Shown here in pieces: positions 50,256-54,496 of a stretch of 54,496 bases of DNA. Below the pieces are notes generated by a model. That model ran no database searches, was not told where the DNA came from, and saw only the letters and a program-made list of their open reading frames with translations. The stretch is from the NCBI RefSeq assembly GCF_000281045.1, contig NW_008246095.1:445197-499692 (forward strand), given 5' to 3'. Every line of letters begins with the position of its first letter. Position 1 is the first letter of the stretch. A program made the position numbers and the translations under genes. This DNA is from Saprolegnia diclina VS20 (lineage: Eukaryota).

Positions 50256-51918
50256 CTTCACCAACAATATTTGAGCAGCAAATGGTGTAGGATTAGTCCT
50301 AAATGCATTGGAATTAGGCAATGTCCTGTTTAGACGAGACAAAACCGCACCGAGAGAGATCGACATGATGGGTAACAGCACTCGCGCCGTGATCTCCTCC
50401 GATACGAGAGCTCGGCGCGCGTTTCATTGCGGCGGTGCCATCGCGACGTTGTTTGGTGCCGCGACCACGTCTAGTATCGCACCACAGACCGTCGCTCGCG
50501 ACTCCATCATACACTAATCAGGATGCAGGAGCTTTACGAGCTCAGACTTGGGATGTACCCAGCAATTAAGGCTGCAGTACGTACTGTTGCGTGTACCATT
50601 CGCTGTGCGCAAGCCTTGAAAGACTGCGATGAAGGCGCTGCGCAGGCATCTCTGGCTCCAAACCCACGACGAAACAGCAAAGTGCACTTGAAGTGACGTG
50701 GCGATTACGTTGCACCGATGGGCTTTCGGTGCAACGGAAACGCCACGTCACTGCCCACTCGGCTTGCGTGGCATAGTTGATTGCCCGACTGGCATGAGGA
50801 TCAGCAAGCCAAGAGCCGCAATAAGATCTCAATGTCGCTGTCAATAGGACAGCGTGGTCCATGTTGACGACAGCGCGCCGTAGCACTAGTAGATTAGCTC
50901 CACGACAAGGAACATTTTGTTCCACAGCGTCGCCTCCGACGGACTCTGCCTGATTGAAGTGCACAACTAGCGCGGCACGTCTCTTGGCCAGCAGAAAGGA
51001 CACGCGCCGTTTGTTCAAATAGAGCATGGACGGCGCACTGTGCACGGGTTGGTGATCGCGTGAATAGACTGTACGCAAAAGCCGGAGAAGAAACCATCGC
51101 CGTCCCCCAAATGGTCGTACCTGCAGCACGCGCCTTGACAAGACCACGGGTGTAACTCTGACGTGGCGGGCTCGTGTGCACTCAACGCATTACAAAACAA
51201 TATTCCACGCCTAGTCGCATCACCTGTCCAACAAAAGACAGCGTCTTGTGCCGTCGTGTCCACCGCGACATGCTTATCTGGCGACGAGGCGGTTGCAGAT
51301 ATTCATCACGGGCGAGACGGCGAGTAGCTGCACCTTTGTCATTGTGGAACGACCATGCGGAGCTCGTTCTGGGTCATTCGATGATTCGGCGACGAGAACC
51401 GTGGCTTCTGCCACGTCCTCGGTCGTGTCGCGTCGGTTTCGGTCCATGCAGAGCCAGCTGCAACGTCACCATCTGGGTCGACCAGTCAACGGCGTGATGT
51501 CTCGTATCACGCTGGCAGCCATCCGCAGCGCGTGACATGGCCAGCCATCCAGAAGTTGCTCACGGTGGGTTGCATTTCGTACGCTCGGTAGCCAGCGCCC
51601 TTTGCGCATGTGCAGCACCACGAGCACGTCGTCTCCGTGTCCCGAGCCGCTGCGCCGCCCATCGCCGCAGATGCACCGTAGATCCGGCGACGTGTGCGCG
51701 AGAATTCCGTGGAATTCTGCCGTGTCAGCCAATCAGACTTGTGTATGACTCATAGAGGACCGGGCAGGCGGCCGCCATACGATCCAATGGCCTCCGACTC
51801 CCTGGACCAAGGCGCACGCGACACGGAGCGCAGCCAGAGGTGCTCGCACTGGGACATGCTTGCGGATGTGGCACACGCTGTCTTGCTTCGAGACGCCGGC
51901 GGCAATCGCTAAACGGGT

Positions 51919-53128
51919 ATGGAGGACGAAGCCAAGGCGAACCGTCTGCGCCGGCGGCGTGAATACCGCAAGCTCGACGCCGCCGGGCTCCAGTACCTCC
52001 GCGACCGCGTCGTGCAGCTCACAGCGCAGCTCGAGCAGCTCGAGCGACGATCCAGCCCACCAGTCGCGCGATCGTCGCCCGCAACGATGCTGGCGTGGCG
52101 CGACGTCGCCGGGGCGCTCGGCGCCGATCTTCGCGCCGTGTGCGCCGCCAACGCCTCGCTGCGCAGACAAGTGCAAAGGAACGAAGCGTTCCAGAGAGCC
52201 ATGCACGCATGGGTCACGCGTACAAGCCACGTGCACGTACGTTCATCTTACCTCTGGGTGCCATCCTACACTGTACGACTAGGGGCACCCGTCGCCGCGC
52301 CTGACGTGGCAAGACGCCAGCCTTCCGATAGACCCCGCGACGCGCCTCGAGGCGATGGAGTGGATCACGCACCGCTTGTTTCACAACATTGACGGGCTCA
52401 TGGCAGCGTCCGGCTTGCCGTACACGCACGACAACTACCAGAGCACCACGGTGACCCAGCTCGATGAGACGTATCGCATCCAGGGCTGCTCGGTGCGCTA
52501 CGTGCACGCCGACGTTAGCGCTGCGGCGGCGTGCCTCGAGCAATTTGCCAAGGACTTTCCACCCTACTTGGAGGCGCGGGTTATATCCTCTCGTGTCGTG
52601 GGCCGTTTGGTTTCATATCGCACATGTCTAGTGCCTCACCGAAACGGACGAAGTGCTCTACACGCGGTACCTCTCGCCGTACGGGCTCACGGTGCATTTG
52701 CCGTTCGTTCAAAACGTTCTCCAGCGTCACTACTTTGACGGACGTCGGTACATCTCGTTCCGACACTGCATCACTGACGACGAAGCGCTCCCCGCCGACG
52801 ACCTTGTGTGTGGCTGGACCGAATGGTCTGTGCCTCAGTGTGCAATTTGGAAATAATCTTCGGGTGTAGGACAGTCGCAGAGTCGGTGGGCGAGAACGTG
52901 ACCGTCATCAAAGAGGGCTTTTTCGCCACCGGGCTTCGCACACCGAGTGGCGAGTACATTCGCATGGAGGCCGTGTCGCCCGCCGCCGCCGCCTGCGCCG
53001 ACCCCGCGAATCGGCTTCGCTGCATGCAACACGAAGCCCAAATGCGCTTTGCTCAGTCGTTCGAAGCCGACACGGCGTACTTCAACGCGCTCCTCAAGGT
53101 CCACGCGCGTAGCCTCCTGGACCGATGA
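51919..53128 (+). CDS. Oomycete M96-like / bZIP-like coiled-coil plus START-like hypothetical protein
   Basis: Basic/coiled N-terminus RRRREYRK..LQYLRDRVVQL, then LAWRDVA, NASLRRQV, TWQDASLP.DP..RLEAMEWITHRLFHN, ITDDEALP. Three short GT-AG introns, stop 53126-53128. Confidence 0.65.
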
Positions 53129-53787
53129 CAGATTGTGAACGATATGCATTCTTTGATTACTTGCGCCTGCTCCAATGCATTGGCGCTGGGCCTGGAGAAG
53201 CGTTGGCGACAAGGGCAAAGATCGGCTCGTGGCATATGGGTTCGTGGTATGCCTCTGCGTGGACACGGCACGTTCCGAGCAGCTGTCAATGCGGAAGCGT
53301 CTTGGGCCGTGGAACGATGCAACGAGGTCGGACGATCGCGGCAGGCAGCGGATGACTCATTAAAGACCTCCCTGCAGCGCAACGAATGTTGCTGGAGTGG
53401 CCTCTCGGGCCATTTGTGGTCGTGGTGGTCGTGGGTGAGCTATCGCTGGACCACTTGGCGAGCGGCCGAGGTGCCAAGGTGTGGTCGGTGTCCAGCAGCC
53501 ACTGACAGCCCATTGCACCTGGTCGGCACTGAGGACAAGGTCATCATGGAGGTGCGTCATGCATTGCGATCGAGATGTATGGCTGGAGTGTAGACCTCGT
53601 AGCATGCCTTGCGTCAAGATGAAGCGGTCGAGTGTTCCGCTTCTCGCGCAGTGCATGATTGAAAATACATGCGTCATGATGTGATGGTCAGATGCAGCGG
53701 TCGAGGTCATACGTCTATACTACAGGTCGCCGCAAGCGCCCACGTTTGTTTGTACTAACAATGCATTTGTTGTTTACGAGGCTACAG

Positions 53788-54496
53788 CTAAGCACGGAGG
53801 AAGGTAGACGCCGGAGTTGGGACAGGGTAGCTTGTCGGGATCGACGACGCGGGCGTTGGCGCCGGGTACGCATTCGGGATGGTGGACACCGTCGGGAACA
53901 CACATCCCCACACACCCGACGGGATCTTCTGGCACACAGCATCCACCGGGGCGCGGCAGTTGACGCCGTCGACGTAGCTCTTCAGCGTTTTGATGCAGGC
54001 CGCGATGGCGGCGTCGTTCTTGACGGGGCATTTGGAGCCTGCCGGGATGAGGCCGGCACCCGAGCACACCGGGCCTGCGATGCAATAGGTAGCATCGCCG
54101 ACGACACTCACGTTGGTGCAGCCTTGGGCGGATGTCGGACGTTGCGACGACGCTGTACTTGGCGACTTGTTGGCCGGCGCCACCGTTGTCGACTGACTCG
54201 GAATCGGCGTAGTGGCAGGGACCTCAGTAGCGCCCGTGGTCGTCTGATCATAGTCGCTCGGTGTCTTGCTCAGAGAAGCGGATGTTGGCGTGTTTGCGTA
54301 AGGCTTCTCGCTCGCAGGCACTTCGATCTTCGTCGGGGCCGTTGTAGGCGCTGAGGTCGACGAGGTGGACTTCGCTGTCGGGGTCACCGTTGGCATGCTG
54401 CTGGCAGGGGCCGTCGTGGGCATGCTGCTGACAGGCGTAGGAAATGGCGACTGAGATGTCGGCACCGTCGTCTTCGGTGCTGAGGTCGGGCCAGCA
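53788..54496 (-). CDS. 3' part of a mucin-like Thr/Pro/Ser-rich protein with an oomycete Cys-rich module (5' end outside window)
   Basis: The open frame runs to the window edge. A T/P/S-rich stalk precedes CTNVSVVGDATYCIAGPVCSG..PAGSKCP...C...C...C...WGCVF, a module typical of oomycete secreted 'carbohydrate-binding/mucin-like' proteins. Confidence 0.75.
   Translation of the reverse strand, partial: AGPTSAPKTTVPTSQSPFPTPVSSMPTTAPASSMPTVTPTAKSTSSTSAPTTAPTKIEVPASEKPYANTPTSASLSKTPSDYDQTTTGATEVPATTPIPSQSTTVAPANKSPSTASSQRPTSAQGCTNVSVVGDATYCIAGPVCSGAGLIPAGSKCPVKNDAAIAACIKTLKSYVDGVNCRAPVDAVCQKIPSGVWGCVFPTVSTIPNAYPAPTPASSIPTSYPVPTPASTFLRA

Noticed and set aside
50400..51900. 1.5-kb gap with several 80-190 aa ORFs; possible pseudogene or transposon remnant
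   Set aside because: No recognisable protein, RT/transposase or RNA-gene motifs and no codon bias. It cannot be called without a search.

Overview
Eukaryotic, GC-rich (roughly 60%), gene-dense genomic DNA, almost certainly an oomycete and most like Saprolegniales (Saprolegnia/Achlya type). The basis is many very short (~43-52 nt) GT-AG introns, an oomycete INR+FPR core promoter, and oomycete-typical gene families. About 17 protein-coding genes can be reconstructed by joining ORF fragments across these introns. In order: a bacterial-type TPR protein, a PH-like protein with an RVxF motif, TTLL9, a bZIP factor, a small KEEL-terminated protein, Prp5/DDX46, a START-like-FYVE-FIST fusion, DNA ligase IV, glutaredoxin, an SH3 protein, one giant (~5,000 aa, ~27 introns) PH/C2/DEP protein, a CX4CX9CX2H-repeat protein, SF3B4, a compact TSC2, a TYW3-Kelch-TYW2 fusion, an M96-like protein and the 3' part of a mucin-like secreted protein. 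I saw no rRNA, tRNA, CRISPR array or intact mobile element. Most noteworthy are a PI3P-binding FYVE finger fused to a complete bacterial NosP-like FIST sensory domain, an intronless TPR gene that looks bacterially derived, an unnamed ~50-aa repeat in the giant lipid-binding protein, and four promoters with CCAAT pairs 31-32 bp apart. All family assignments come from motif recognition by eye, not database searches.
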